Below, piece after piece: positions 1 through 13,769 of a DNA stretch of 64,000 nt (position 1 is its first letter; each line of letters starts with the position of its first letter). Made by a program: the position numbers and the translations under genes. This DNA comes from Kudoa neothunni (Eukaryota > Animalia > Cnidaria): contig OZ199839.1 in NCBI GenBank assembly GCA_964304625.1, forward strand, positions 7,959,166-8,023,165, in the 5' to 3' direction. The notes beneath the pieces are model-generated. The model had not been told where the DNA came from. It saw only the letters and a program-made list of their open reading frames with translations, and searched no databases.

Positions 1-860
1 GGACAACTAATGGACAACAACCACAGAACGTACCGCCTTCAAATAAAAAAACCGGAATCACCTCATGCACACAACCTCCATTGTGCACTGATATTATATT
101 CAATGAAGGATACGAAGCAGACAAGGAATATGATGTTTTAGTTACGGCTGTTGGCAGATCTGTAGAAACTACCGTCGAAATACCCATAAGTAATAAAACA
201 CCTTATTCTAAATTAGTTAAATTTATATTTTAATTACGTTTTCAAAATTATTAAAAATATGTACAATAATTCTAGTTATACTAAATTTTAATGTAGATCC
301 ACAACCTACCCCCACTAATAATCCAATCAAATTAACCGTGGTGTTTACAAGAGAAGACAAAAACATAATAATTAAAACTTCTCTTCCTACTGGTGTCGAT
401 GAACAGTCGTTATGCAAATGGGAATTGAAAAATTGGGATGATCCATCAAAACCAATCGTCCAAAAATGCATGGCAACTGGTGAACAAGGTTGTTCTGTTT
501 TTCCATCGTGCAAGGAATTTACAATTTCCAATGTGGATAACACCAACAATTACCGTTTGATGTTGTATCATAGTACCAATAACAATATCTCTGGTTTTGT
601 CGAGATCCAGAAAGGTAATTGATTAAATATTATTGGTCATTATTTCTGATATTTTGATTAGATGATGAATCAAACAAATCCATGTAACATCAAGTTGTTA
701 AATTATAATTGATTTACTTTAGGTCAAAAAATACAATGTACTTATTGATGGAGATATCTTGTTAATCAATTATTTTAGAATTATTGCTGTAGTAGTTCCT
801 GCGCTCATCATTGTCGTTGGTGTGGGATTCTATTTCGGATATTGGAAAAATAAAAACTAG
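1..860 (+). CDS. Family A Cys-rich FN3-like type I membrane protein, copy A1 (3' part only)
   Basis: Exons <1-189, 297-614, 662-683 (22 nt), 723-737 (15 nt), 779-860 with GT-AG introns. The spliced end reads ...EIQKDDESNKSMSKNTIIIAVVVPALIIVVGVGFYFGYWKNKN*. Collinear with copies A2-A5. Confidence 0.88.
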
Positions 861-1982
861 ATTTTTATTTATGAAGAATTCTTTCACAAATTGATGTTCG
901 ATTTAGAGACAGGATTAATATTATATCATATGCATTAGTTATTTATCAGATTTCTTCATTACATACTTTTAACAGCATAATTATTTAGTTTAATGCAAAT
1001 TTATTTATTCGAAAATTGTATTTCTGTCTTGATTTTTTATTTATTTGGAAAAACTAAAACATAATTTTTTCAACGGTGTATTAATTGTTATTAGAAAATG
1101 ATAATAAATTTTTGTTATAAATTACTTCTTTTATCTTATGACAATTAGTAGAGCATGGTGCCTATTAAAACGGGTAAAATTTTTTGAAATAATATATTGA
1201 AGTACTTTTGATTGTAAATTAATTGTTTTGATCATAAAACCTAATAATTTATAATAAATTAATCATCAATTTATGAGCTAACCTAGAAATCCTATATTAT
1301 TTGTGTCATTTATAATTTAAATGATGTACTAAATAAATAGTTTGATGTAGAATGTATTTTTCATCGTATTGCCAAACAAACAAACAAATTAATTAGTAAA
1401 CATGAATACTCTCAATTGATTTTTGGTTTTTTGAATAAGCCTTTTAATTCCGAATATCATTATGGTTGGAAAATACGTTTAAACCTAGTTAATAATAAAT
1501 GTAGAATCCACCTGAAACGAGGCTAAATAATTTTTTTCATGATGCATTTTAATAAATATAACGAAACACGTTAGTATTATCAATACATATCAGGCAGTGC
1601 TTATTGCTACGGGAGGGAATAAATCCTAATCTAAGAACCCAGTTAAAGTTTGAAATTCACATTTGTAATTAATGATTTTTGTCCTAATATAATTAATTGT
1701 TTTGGAAAAAATTTGAGTTACTGATATTTCTAATATTATGACTATAAATTTCGTGCTTTATGTTTTGTTATGAGTAATGTTAAATACATATTTTAATTTG
1801 TTCCTAATAAAAATTTCGTTAACTAAAAAACCAAATATTAGACAATGTGTTTTAGGTATAAAAACGCCCATCCCATTACCTCTGATTGAACCTAATATGT
1901 TTAATCTAGCTCAGCTAATGTAATCTGTTAAAATATGTTTATCTATGTTTTTATAAAATGAAATAATTGTATTAGTTATATA

Positions 1983-2030
1983 CAGTAAGGTCTCGATATT
2001 ACGAGGTTCGATATAGGATAGTCGATATTT
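1983..2030. mobile_element. pogo/Tigger-like terminal relic
   Basis: TA|CAGTAAGGTCTCGATATTACGAGGTTCGATATAGG resembles pogo-type TIRs. Related ends occur at about 4540-4610 (reverse) and 32650-32690. No transposase is seen. Confidence 0.35.
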
Positions 2031-2562
2031 TTTACAAATTTCTGTAACCAACATTGTAACATTTTCGATGTATATAGTCTTTTACTCTAGCGCCGCTATA
2101 CTCGAAAATACGAAATAATATTTAAAAGCGAATTTTTTGTAAAATTCAGGGTCTTGCTATTGGGCAGTGATTCTTCAAATTTGAATACAATTAATCCACT
2201 AAATTACTCATTCAAACGTTCGGTATTGTGAAAGAAGAAAGAAATGTTGGTAAAAAATTGAAACTATTCAATATTATGATTCAATTACCTCAATCTGAAA
2301 TGCCCAAAAATGGCTCTATTGTGCCAGAGAATATCATAAATTCTGTTATTGTGAATTTTATTCAAATTTAAATTAGTTATCCTTTCCTGAATAGAATTTT
2401 GTCTGATAGATCTGATATAATGTATTCCAATGTTGTTCTCTCAGTAAAGGAATTATAAATAAAAAATACATCCAACTTTAAATTGCGTTATATAACCGGA
2501 TTGTATCAGAACACCAAAAAACAAATATTCTGGAGTTTTTATCATTGATAGGGCAAAACTAC

Positions 2563-3000
2563 GCCAATGACTGATAGCACATGGGTGAGACACTTGGACT
2601 CAGAACCATGAGGAAATCGTTCGAATCCACCGGTGGTCAGACTACTGCTTCCGTTTCGATGGGTCTCCGTCCCATATTTGGGAGTTGTGGTTAAAGTGTA
2701 GGCTCACTGTGAAGTGGGGTGAGCGTGAATAGGAGTTTGAATCTCCGGAACCCATCGAAAGGCAAGTAATTTGCAGTCCTCACAGAGCCAACGTCCTTGA
2801 AGGGATAAGGTTTGGAGTGGTGGTCGTCCAGAGACGAGGATATTTAATGGTTAAAGTCCCACATTACCGCATAAAGATAAGGGACGGGGTTTCATGTTAC
2901 ATCCTGCGGTGCCTAAAGCGTTAATGGAGGAGGTTTGACCAACCAGAATTCCACACCCTAATAAGTTGCGCCAGTGGTTTTACCTTGTAAACAAAAAAAA
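2563..3000 (+). mobile_element. tRNA-headed SINE-like element
   Basis: GC-richer island. The head has an A-box-like TAGCACATGGG and a B-box GTTCGAATCC, closed by TGACT...GGTCA. The body has an inverted repeat (TTTCGATGGGT / ACCCATCGAAA), and the element ends in an A-rich tail. Confidence 0.55.
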
Positions 3001-4779
3001 ATTACCTTATTCGTAAATATTTTATTCTATTTTTGGTAATACTACCATACATGACTAAATATGATAAATATTTTACTATTTTTTGGACTTTTTCATTGAG
3101 AAAATGTCTCTCAGATCATTAATTATTAATTTACTTTTTTGGAAAAATCATCATAAATTATATCTGTAATAATTATGTATAAGTCTTACAGCGATTAACT
3201 AAATAAGAAAAACTTAAAAAACCTTTATTATAATTCTACAACATTTTATCTTAATATTTACAAAAAATTTTCCAAAAATGTAAGTTCTAAATAAGGAAGA
3301 GATACATAAATGATTTTAATGCCTTGTGACCGTTGAAATTTGGACAACCTTAAAGTTGGCTACCAATCTGGATAAGTCTGGCCATCCGCTGATATATATA
3401 ATAGATCAAGGATCAATCTCTTTCTGCATGAAATAATTAAAATAATATTTTTTAGACGTATTAATTTTAATTAAGGGATTTCGCAAGCATAGTCGCAAAA
3501 AAGAGGCTAAAATTTCTGGGGTCAAAAATCACCCCAACGTTCCCGGTGGAATTTTCCCGAGCACCGTTCTTCGGGGGTTCAAATTAAGAAAGAATTTAAT
3601 GGTACACAAATAAAATAAAACATATTTTAACTGAAAACAAAGTAATTTGCCAAAATTACAATCAATTCAAAAGAAGAAATCATAAGTGAAATTGATCCGA
3701 GCAGGCAGCAACAGCGGCAGCATGATCGTATAAAATCGGAGATAACAAATTAACAATAAACGGATTAAGATGAATAAAGATGTCTTGGCTCTAATTTGTA
3801 ATTTGCCGTAATTTTTAAGTTATATATAAAATTCACAGTTCAAATTAACTCTTGATATTTGATTTATACGTTCTTTTTTTCAGGCCTAATTTGTTATTAG
3901 CAAATTAAATTAGTTGTGTTATTTCTGTTTCGTAATTTTTAATTTTCATTGCATTTCTCTGTTTTAATAAATTTCCCCTTATAAGTTGAATAATATAAGA
4001 AGTAGATTTCCATAGTTACAAAGTTAAGAAAACAAAAAAAATCCGCTATATTTAAACAACTTTATTGATTCTCCTTAAAAATCATTACAATTAAAAGTAT
4101 AACGAAGGAACTACTTACATCCTTCTAGCGACAAGCGTAGAGTAACGAAAAGTAAATATGAAATTAGATAAGTTATTTTGGGATTAAGACTCGGTAATCC
4201 GCGATGAAATTCCATAATAAGCAAAGTTTCATCAGTTACTCAATTAAATATTACATTCTAAATCATTAAATCTACAATTATAAGAGAAAAATAAATTTTC
4301 TCAGTACTTGTGTGTTTTCTTTAAAAACGAAACATATTTTTGTCACTAAAGACAAAAAAAAATCATTAAAATTAGCCGATAATAATTTTTTAAAATGAAT
4401 TTTCTTTATGCCATTGCGAGTGGTGTACATTTTTAAAAGAATTCCGAAATTTGAGGGTGGTTTATATTTGTATATCGAAGATTAGGTTCAAATTAGTTGG
4501 ATTTGGGTCCATGCGGATCCCACTCCGGACAAGGATGGTTAACCGGAACCTCGCTATCCGGAAAGAAAATCGTCGGTCCAAAATTTTCCGGATAATCGAG
4601 GTTTGACTGTATATAATAGATAGTTGGTTAGAACCAATATCGACAACTAAATACTTTTTTAGTTCGTCGTAAATCTCTGTCAAAAAATTATGAATCCTCA
4701 AGGATTAACGAAATATTCAGCTATAAACAATTTTATTGGATTTTCCAAAAATTTTAGTACAGCGATGTTAGCTAAAATT

Positions 4780-5358
4780 GTCTGTGCCCTATTTGTAAAT
4801 ATTCTGATAGGTTGATCTTAAATTGTTTATCAGTAACACTCTAAGAGAAGATAAGTTTTACATTTCTTAAGAAAATAAAAAAATAAATAAACCACAAATT
4901 GGGTTATTCTATAATCTAATGAAACCTATACTTTATAATGGACAATAAATTGTTTTACGTAAACAAAACCTGTTGAAATTTATTAAAAATCTTACCCCAG
5001 ATTTCATAATTTAATAAAATGATCAATGCCATGAGAATCATACAACCTCTTATATTTTTGATTGTAAATATGTGAATGGGTATTATGTTGTGAGAATTGT
5101 TTACATTTGATTCCCTTCTGATTATTTAGAATCTATCTAATTTCTGTGATATTTCTTTCAATTAATATTCATGTAATAAATCACTGTCCATCAAAATATT
5201 TGTTAAGATGAATTAATATTTCCGAAATATTTGTATTTATGCTTCATTAAGTTTAAGTCGAACAATAATTCTGTGTATATATACGAATTATAATCTGATC
5301 AAATTTTTGATTTTCATATTGAACGACAATTATCGTTCAATATCTTGAGCAAAATATA
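4780..5358 (+). promoter_or_regulatory. Conserved upstream block of family A genes (putative promoter/5'UTR)
   Basis: Alignable with 16118-16562, about 36467-37030 (minus strand) and about 46920-47509. It includes a TATA-like (TA)n tract and the inverted repeat TTGAACGA-N6-TCGTTCAA about 20 nt before the ATG. Confidence 0.55.
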
Positions 5359-8266
5359 ATGAAAAACTTTATCCACCTTTTGGGAATTTGTACTTTTCTG
5401 TCATGTATATACACATACGACTAAAAATATTACTAATAACGTATAGCCTACTTTTCTCTTATATACATGAAAACGGCCGGGGGAGGTGCTTCAAGTCCAG
5501 TTTCTACTGAAATCCCTTTAACTTATAAACTTGTAAAAGATACAAGTGGATTGAAACTTAATTTGGTACTAAGTGGAGCGGATTATACTGGAGATAATAA
5601 TTGTCATATTAAACAATCCAACAAAGATGACACAGATCTTAATGAAATTAATGCATGTGCTGGTCGTGTTGAAGGCGGAGATAATGCCAAATGTGTTTGG
5701 ACATGCTCAGGACGTGAAAATAAATTAAATTTTGACAAGTCTTCTTCTAGTGCAAAGTATATTGCCGTTTTCACACATACTGCTGCAACGACTGCTGCAG
5801 ATAAAAATAAAGGTGGAATTGTATTTGGATTAGAGCTGCGTAATTAAAGCATCAGATATTTACAGTAAATTTCACTTAGCATTATTGGTCGATCCGCAAG
5901 TTACAATAACGACAAACGGCCAAAAACTAAAACTGAGTACAAAAACTTGTAAACCGGTGAACTGTCCCATATTTTATAAGGGTGTTCAATATAAGACCGG
6001 AACAGTTAAAACAAGTTGCACTGAAAATAATGAAAGCGAAATGGAGTTTAATTTGATGATTCCACATTATGAAATGAAATGTGATAATTATCCCAGTTTC
6101 TTTTACAAACTGCAAAATAAATATACTCTACTAAACATTGGTATTTATCAACCATTATATTATGTGACCTCTATTTCGAGTGCTACAACGAAATATATGC
6201 TAAATTTTACAAATAAATTTCCTTTCGAAATATGTCTTTTCAAAATAAAAGAGGTGCCAACAACTGGCGCTAACAATGTCTACACATCAAAATGTGGTTC
6301 AACAAATAAATGCTATGCACCTTGTAATAACGTAGAACTTGAACTCACCACTCCCACGTCTATTGTTGAAATATTGATTCAAACCAGGCACGTACCAATG
6401 ACCATCAATGGCGCCGAATATCCTGGGTATATTCAGAAAAAATTCGGTAATCCAAAAACATTTTAACTTTGATAAACTTCTTATAGTTGTCACAGGAACT
6501 ACTGCTCCTACCTTATTGTCAGAACACTCATCTACTGGTGTTACGCTAAATGTTCCGTTGTTCAAGCCAGAGAAGGATCATAAATTTGAGGGATGTACAG
6601 TAAAGTATTACGAAGCAGATAAACCTGAACCAACTTCTCCTGAAGATGCGAAATGTGGGGCAACCGGTGGAGGATGTGGAACAGGATGCACTGCTTCTCT
6701 AGAGATTACAGGGCTTGGTGGTGGAAAACCATATATTCTTGAAATTGCAGCAGGCAATACCGATAGTCCTCTTAGCGGCTTAGTAGAACATATATTCTTT
6801 CGAACAGGTAATATGATACAAATAAATATTTTTTTCTTAATAAATATATAGCAAAGAAATCTGATTCTACCTTTTCTGAAACAAATCCAACAGTAACGGA
6901 TACAACTGCATCAATTAAAGCAATAGAGGATAGCGAAACACTTAACGCACAAGACAAGACTTGTGCTTACTATATAAGCCCTCATGGAAAGGATGTATAT
7001 GTGCGTGCCATATGTGAAGATAGTTATCCTTGCAGGGGTTTTTGCAAGGATTCTCAAAAAATTATTGGGTTAATGCCCGGAACTGATTATGACCTAAAGG
7101 TAGTTGCACATGAGGATTATGGAGAAAAAGAATATAAAATTACAACGAGTATATAAATAATTGACCTCGAATTATATAATTAACTTTCTTTTAAGCATTT
7201 TCAACGCTTACACTCCAATCTCAATTTTTGGAAAAAGGCTTCAAAGTGACAGGTGTACTTTCAACACCATATCCTACAGCTGTTTGTCACTATAAAGTAA
7301 ACGTAAAAAAAGGGAATGAATCAAAGTTGGTCTACCAATGCCCACCATTGGCTTCTACAACAAACATTGGCCCATCCTCTAATGCATCCAAGACTTCTAA
7401 AATAGCGATATCTAGGGCAACTAATGGACAACAACCACAGAACGTGCCGCCTCCAAATAAAAAACCAGAAATCACTCCATGCACACAACCACCATTATGC
7501 ACTGAAATTATATTCAGTGAAGGATACGAAGCAGACAAGGAATATGAAGTGTTAGTTACGGCTGTCGGCAGATCTGCAGAAACTACCATCAAAATACCCA
7601 TAAGTAATAAAAAATCTAATTCTAAATTCGTATCGTTTATATTTTAATTACATTTTTAAAATTATATACATTAATTTTTATTATACTAAACTTTAATTTA
7701 GGCCCACAGTCCATCCCCACTAATAATCCAATCAAATTAACTGTGGTGTTTACAAGAGAAGGCGAAACCATAAAAGTTAAAACTTCTCTTCCTACAGGCG
7801 TTGATGAGCAGTCGTTATGCAAATGGGAATTGAAAAATTGGGATGATCCATCCAAACCAATCGTCCAAAAATGCATGGCAACTGGTGAACAAGGTTGTTC
7901 TGTTTTTCCATCGTGCAAGGAATTTACAATTTCAAAATGTGGATAATACTAACAATTATCGTTTGATGTTGTATCATAGTACAGATAGCAATATCTCTGG
8001 TTTTGTTGAAATCCAGAAAGGTACTTGAAAAAATGTTACTGGTCATTATTTCTGATAATTTGATTAGATGATGAATCAAACAAATCCATGTAACATCAAG
8101 TTATTAAATTATAATTGATTTATTTTAGGTCAAAAAATACAATGTACTTATTGATGGAGATATCTTGTTAATCAATTATTTTAGAATTATTGCTGTAGTA
8201 GTTCCAGTGCTCATCATTGTTGTTGGTGTGGGATTCTATTTCGGATACTGGAAAAATAAAAACTAG
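5359..8266 (+). CDS. Family A type I membrane protein, copy A2 (+1 frameshift in exon 7; pseudogene or sequence error)
   Basis: Exons 5359-5404, 5447-5839, 5880-6446, 6487-6807, 6852-7148, 7196-7603, 7702-8020, 8068-8089, 8129-8143, 8185-8266; all introns GT-AG. Signal peptide MKNFIHLLGICTFLSSYFSLIYM. Exon 7 is 319 nt instead of 318 (extra A at 7934-7937). Confidence 0.87.
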
Positions 8267-9254
8267 ATTTTTATTTATGAAGAATGCTTTCACAAATTGA
8301 CGTTCGATTTAGCGACAGTATTAATATTATATCTTACGTATTAGATATCTATCAGATTTCATCATTACTTACTTTTAAATGCATAATTATTTAATTTCAT
8401 GCAAATTTATTTTTTTGGAAATTGTATTTCTATCTTTATTTTATCTCATTTAATATGGAAAAATTATAACATAATTTTTTCAATACTGCAATAATTGTAA
8501 TTCGAAATATAGTAAACTAGCGCAAACCCTGGTTCACGCTCAGGGTCTTAGCACAATTTTTTATGTAACCAATTTTTTTGTAATTTGTAGCATTTTACTA
8601 AAATATAAAGGAAAAAAAATATAGGGAGGAAAGGTTCCTTTTATTCAGTAAAATATCACAACATGAAAAAGGATCTAATTTAGTAAAGTCATTTTGATAG
8701 CGCATAAATCAGATTAATAAAAATTAGATTATCCAAGTGTAAATGCATAATGGTTCGCTCGACTATGAACTTTGAAGCTGTTGTCTCCATCAAATTCTTT
8801 TCAAAAATTTAAATTAAACGTTGTTTCATGATGTTAATACATTGGTGTATGTAATGGGACGTATTTATATTATTTCAATGTTTAATCAGAATATCAAAAT
8901 CGAATAATCAGATTATTTTATTTAATTAATTATCACATGAATCCTTAAAATTTGTTCACTTTATTTTTCCATAAGAAAAAAGAATGGGTTTATGAAAAAT
9001 ATGATTAGTCATTAACGACGCTACAAAAAATAAACCAAAATACCGTCCCCACAAAAGAATAATAGTAATCATCTAAATATAACATCATGAAATCTCATGC
9101 ACTTTGTTATGGCATATATTGAATATGACCCCGATATTATGCAGAAAAATAAAAAATAATAAATATTGGATAAGTAAATATAATTCGTTTTCATTTCAAA
9201 TGTTATTAAAATAGCCAGATAACTTTTTGTGATAAAAAATTAATTTTTACTTAA

Positions 9255-11474
9255 CCTTCCGAGCGTCTTTGGGGTCCATTGGACCCCAAGGGATGTTTGA
9301 ACCCATTTTAGAGAACCTTATAACGCATCAATAAATTTTAGATCTCAATTATTCTTCTAAAAATGTGCTAAATTAAAATATTACAAAAAGATTTAATTCG
9401 TACTTTTAATTTAGAAAATAATAAAAATACTTACACATTCCTTCTTTTGGGGTCTAATGGACCCTACTTTTTTTCCACTAAAATACGAAGAAAAATAATT
9501 TCAAGCAATTTTGAGGATTAAGAAAAAATTTATCGAGAAGAAACAGCGATAAATTCAAAAAACCGTCTGGCGATAAATGAGGATCATTGTTAACAAGCAA
9601 AGCGTTGCCATGAGTGGTTCTGAGCGTGATATTTCGAATGAATTTGAGTCTGATGTGAGTGAAATTTATGATAACCTTGTAGAATTTGATTATTCGCACA
9701 ATTCTGATATTTCTGACGATAATAAATATTATCGAAACATATACGAGGATAAGAATGGTGTTATTTGGTCTACTGATAAACCTCAAATAACTATAAACAC
9801 AAAAGAAAATATTATTCGAAAATCTCCGGGTATAACTGCTGACGCTTCAAGCAGAATCACCTCGTTGGTTGATACATTCCTCATATTTTTTGGTGAGGCC
9901 TTATTCTCAACTGTAATTTTGAATACTAATAAGTTCAACAATTTTCATTATCAACATTCTTGGAAGGATTTAAAAAGCCAAGAATTATTGGCATGTGTAG
10001 GAATTCCTGTGTATATGTCAATTTTTAAAGCTAAATTAGAATTACTCAAACTGCTATGGAGTGTTGAAAAGGGAAGGAATATTTTTCGAAAGATAATGCC
10101 ATTAAAAATGTTTATTCAAATTTCGAGAGCTATTCATTTTGATGATTTTGAAACGAGAGAAACTCGAAGTATCCTGGATAAATTCTGTCCCATTCGTGAT
10201 GTTTTTTAATGATTGGAAAGATATTCTTTCCAAACTTGTTGTCCCCCAGAAGAATTTGACAATTGACGAACAACTAGTTGCTTTTAGGGGAAAATGCACT
10301 TTTAATCAATATATGCCGTCAAAACCAGCATTGTATGGAATAAAGTTTTTTCTCCTTACCGATCCAGAGACCAAGTACACTCATAATATTTCGGTATATT
10401 TGGGTAAAAACAACAATGAAAGGTCAAAAAATGTTGGAGAAAACATTTTTATAAATCTTATTTCAGAATTAAAGGAAAGTGGGAGAAATATCATCTGCGA
10501 CAATTTCTTTACCTCCGTTCCCCTTGCCCAAAAACTCCTAACATGGGAAATGAGAATGACAATAACTGGAACAATCAGTAATAATAAACGAGATATTCCG
10601 GATTATCTAAAAAAGAATTCAAAGCGGGAGGTTTTTATTGTGAACGCAAGAGAGAGAGACACCACAAAGTAACAATAACAACAACAATAATAATTGCGCC
10701 CCCTATCTAATGGTTTTTTAATCTCCTGTATTAATCTACCAACATAACAGTTTTCAGCACACGTATTTTGTTTGATCAAAAACTAATGCTAACCTCCTAT
10801 GTTATTAAAAAATATAAAGCAATTATTCTTCTAACATCCCCTGTTTCGATACAGATGTTGAAGATAGTAAACGAAAAAAAACCCATGGTTATCTTGGAAT
10901 ATAATCGTTATAAAGGAGGGATGGACACGGTTGATCTTATTATTGCAACAACAAGTGTAAAAAGATATATCAATCGACGGCCGACGCCAATATTCTTCAA
11001 TATGGTTGATCTTAGCTTGATAAATGCGTTTTATCTTTATAAAATTATTTTCTGCGACTATAATTGCCAGAGGGTTAAGTTTCTAGAAGAGCTTGTGGAT
11101 AGTTTGATGAAGGATGATATTCAGAGACACATATCGCGTTGATCAAAGTTCTACTTGTATCCAAGAATTTCGTCGTCGCAATAATATTTGTTTTTGTTCA
11201 AGATCGCGTGATAAAAAACGAGGACTATTTGTTATGTTTATGGGACCAACTGCTGTGAAAACCATTCAGAAATTACTGGCGTGTTGTGTTCTAATAAGAA
11301 AAACTAAAATATAAATATCTCATATATTGTCTATTTCGAAATTTTATATATTGCGGTTTTTATTGAGCGCCAATATTAAGAAATTAATTGTGAGGGAAAC
11401 CTTTTATACTATTTTATTAATAAAGAATTAAATTTTTATTTATTATAACAACATTAGATTCAAAAGGTCGTTAA
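9255..11474 (+). mobile_element. piggyBac element with frameshifted transposase
   Basis: Left end TTAA|CCTTCC with a GGGGTCC..GGACCCC subterminal motif. ORF pieces 9577-10209, 10139-10672 and 10768-11142 carry LTIDEQLVAFRG, CDNFFTS and YNRYKGGMD motifs. An insertion of about 120 bp lies at about 10635-10754. The right end is uncertain. Confidence 0.85.
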
Positions 11475-11501
11475 AATGTTCGAATTTTATGTTGATTTTA
11501 A

Positions 11502-13197
11502 GGCAGTGGCTATTCACATGGATCCATTTAATCCCCTCTCGGGACTGGCTATTCTCGTGGAAACGAATAACTCCACCGTTATAGGCGATATTTCAAATCT
11601 GATTTCATATTTGAATTGAGCTGTTTTTAATCCAATTTTTTATGTAAAAATTGTTTGAAATTTAAAGAATAGAAATTCAACACTTTGTCTGCCCTATTTA
11701 CACTGTTCACTAATAGTACACTCACGTTTTTGAGTCAATCATTATGTAATATAAATATTATAATTGAAATGAAAGGTAAAGTAAACATATCTAATGGTGG
11801 TTAGAAACCTTTAGTTTGATACGTCTCAACGCACACAGTTTAATTTAGAATAAGTCATCTCCAATCATTTACGAAACATGTACGTTTCTATCTAAACATT
11901 TTTAATATAAATTTAACAAGATTATCGTTAATTAATGGATATTAATTGTATTCGAACTATTTTACATCAATGTAAACCACTTTTCATATGTTTCTGTAAG
12001 ATTGTACCATAATTTCGGGGAATTTTCGTTGTTTTATCCCTACAAAATTTATTTATTTTAATCAAAAGCATGAGAAAGGTTTTCATGGTGCCGATTCGTG
12101 AATACAGAACCTATAAATACTGAAACCTACGAGGTTAACTTAAAAAGTAAACCTATACTTCTCGATTTAAACTCATTTATCAATTTTTAACAAGTAGGGT
12201 AATTCTGAATTTTCTGCATTAATTCCTCTGGTAGTTTCTCAATGGGTAAATTTATAAAATGAAAATTTTTGAATGATGATTTTTGGGATACGTTTGTTTG
12301 ACTATCGTAACGCGAGCCAATGAAGTAATGTAGTAAGTATTATAATAAACAACGTTGGAGTTAAAATAACGGTTAATTCGTCCTTGAGCATTTTGAATTG
12401 TTCTGAAAAATTTCATTTTAATATTGTAAACATTTGTTTCCTGATACTGAGGGATGTGTAATTGTTATAGTTCAGAAAAATCAATTTTCACTCCAATGAA
12501 GAATCGATCAACTTAACCACTAGCCATGGTTGTTTAGCTGTGAGCCCAAAAAATTTCCCCAAAATAACCACATTTGAAATTTTAACAGTACAATAATATT
12601 TTTTAATAATAGATATAGGGTTGAGCTAGTCAATTTAAAAGCGCTTCATAAGAAGCAATAATGACACCACATTTCAGACTTATTCCATGCAATTGGTATT
12701 TTCTACCATATAAAAGCTTAAATTTCTCTTCTACAATATAATTTTATATATAAACTTAATCTACAAATTTCAATTAATTTAAAGTTCTTTAGTATTTAGA
12801 AATAGTCTCACGAAGTAGAACGCCTTACAACCAAATAGGATTCACGCGCATATTCAGACATGGTGGGTGACACAAGAATACACGAACAGAACAGTTTCTA
12901 CTTATTAGTAAATGTCGTTACTTTTCATTTCAAGTATAATGTTTATATTACATAATATTAGACTCAAAAAAAGTGAGTGTACTATTAGTGAACAGTGTAA
13001 ATAGGACAAACAAAGTGTTGAATTTTCATTCTTTAAATTTTCAAACCATTTTTACATAATAAATTATATTAAAAATAGTTGAATTAAAATATGAAGTCAG
13101 ATTTGAAATATCGCCTATGACTGAGGATTCATTCGTTTCCATGAGAATAGCCAGTCCCGAGAGGAGATTAAATGGATCCATGAGAATAGCCACTGCC
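11502..13197. mobile_element. Foldback/non-autonomous element with about 290 bp terminal inverted repeats
   Basis: 11502-~11790 is the imperfect reverse complement of ~12905-13197. Termini are GGCAGTGGCTATTC / GAATAGCCACTGCC, and related single ends occur at about 1593 and 32820-32836. No clear TSD. Confidence 0.8.
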
Positions 13198-13769
13198 TAT
13201 AAGAAAAGCCGACCTCAAACAAATTCCTTTCGATATACAATTATACACACCCAATTTTCAAAATTATTTGAGTTTAATACATGCTATATTCACTTTTTAT
13301 GATATATTGTTTTATTTCTACCTGCTCTAATTTAAAAAACAAAACAATTTTATCTTTTTAATGCTGTCAGTTACAAACAGCGTGTTGTTTATTTTGTGTG
13401 CAATTTGTTGACGGACTTTGTTTAAAAGTAAAAGAAAACTTCTTGTCATTAACAATTTTTGATGATTCGTTTTAATATACATAATATGTTATAATTTTTT
13501 CCGATGGTTTTAAAAACATGAATTTTTGTACTTGTCATAAATTTTTTAATAATTTCGTTTCGCTCTATTAAATCTTAGAAATGATTAAATTAACTAAATT
13601 TTGTATAGGATTTCTTTTTACTTTAAGGAGAAAGAATGCGTCAAAAAGATGTTTATGTTAAAGTATTTGTCAATATTTTAACGAAAATCTACTACAAAAC
13701 GGCGTGTCAGTTTAACAACCAAATATACCTTTTTATAAATTTAATTTATTTAGCATTATAATGATTATA

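Noticed and set aside
223-549. Antisense ORFs recurring in the A copies (MLVLST..., up to 206 aa at 49497-50117)
   Set aside because: They are shadows of the conserved sense exons; their lengths and stops vary among copies.
5018-5110. Short coding-like frame upstream of A2 (DQCHENHTTSYIFDCKYVNGYY...)
   Set aside because: The frame is broken in A3-A5 and has no supporting start or splice sites.
10630-10750. GT...AG segment in the piggyBac transposase as an intron
   Set aside because: Splicing it gives the wrong frame. It is better explained as an insertion flanked by GTTTT.
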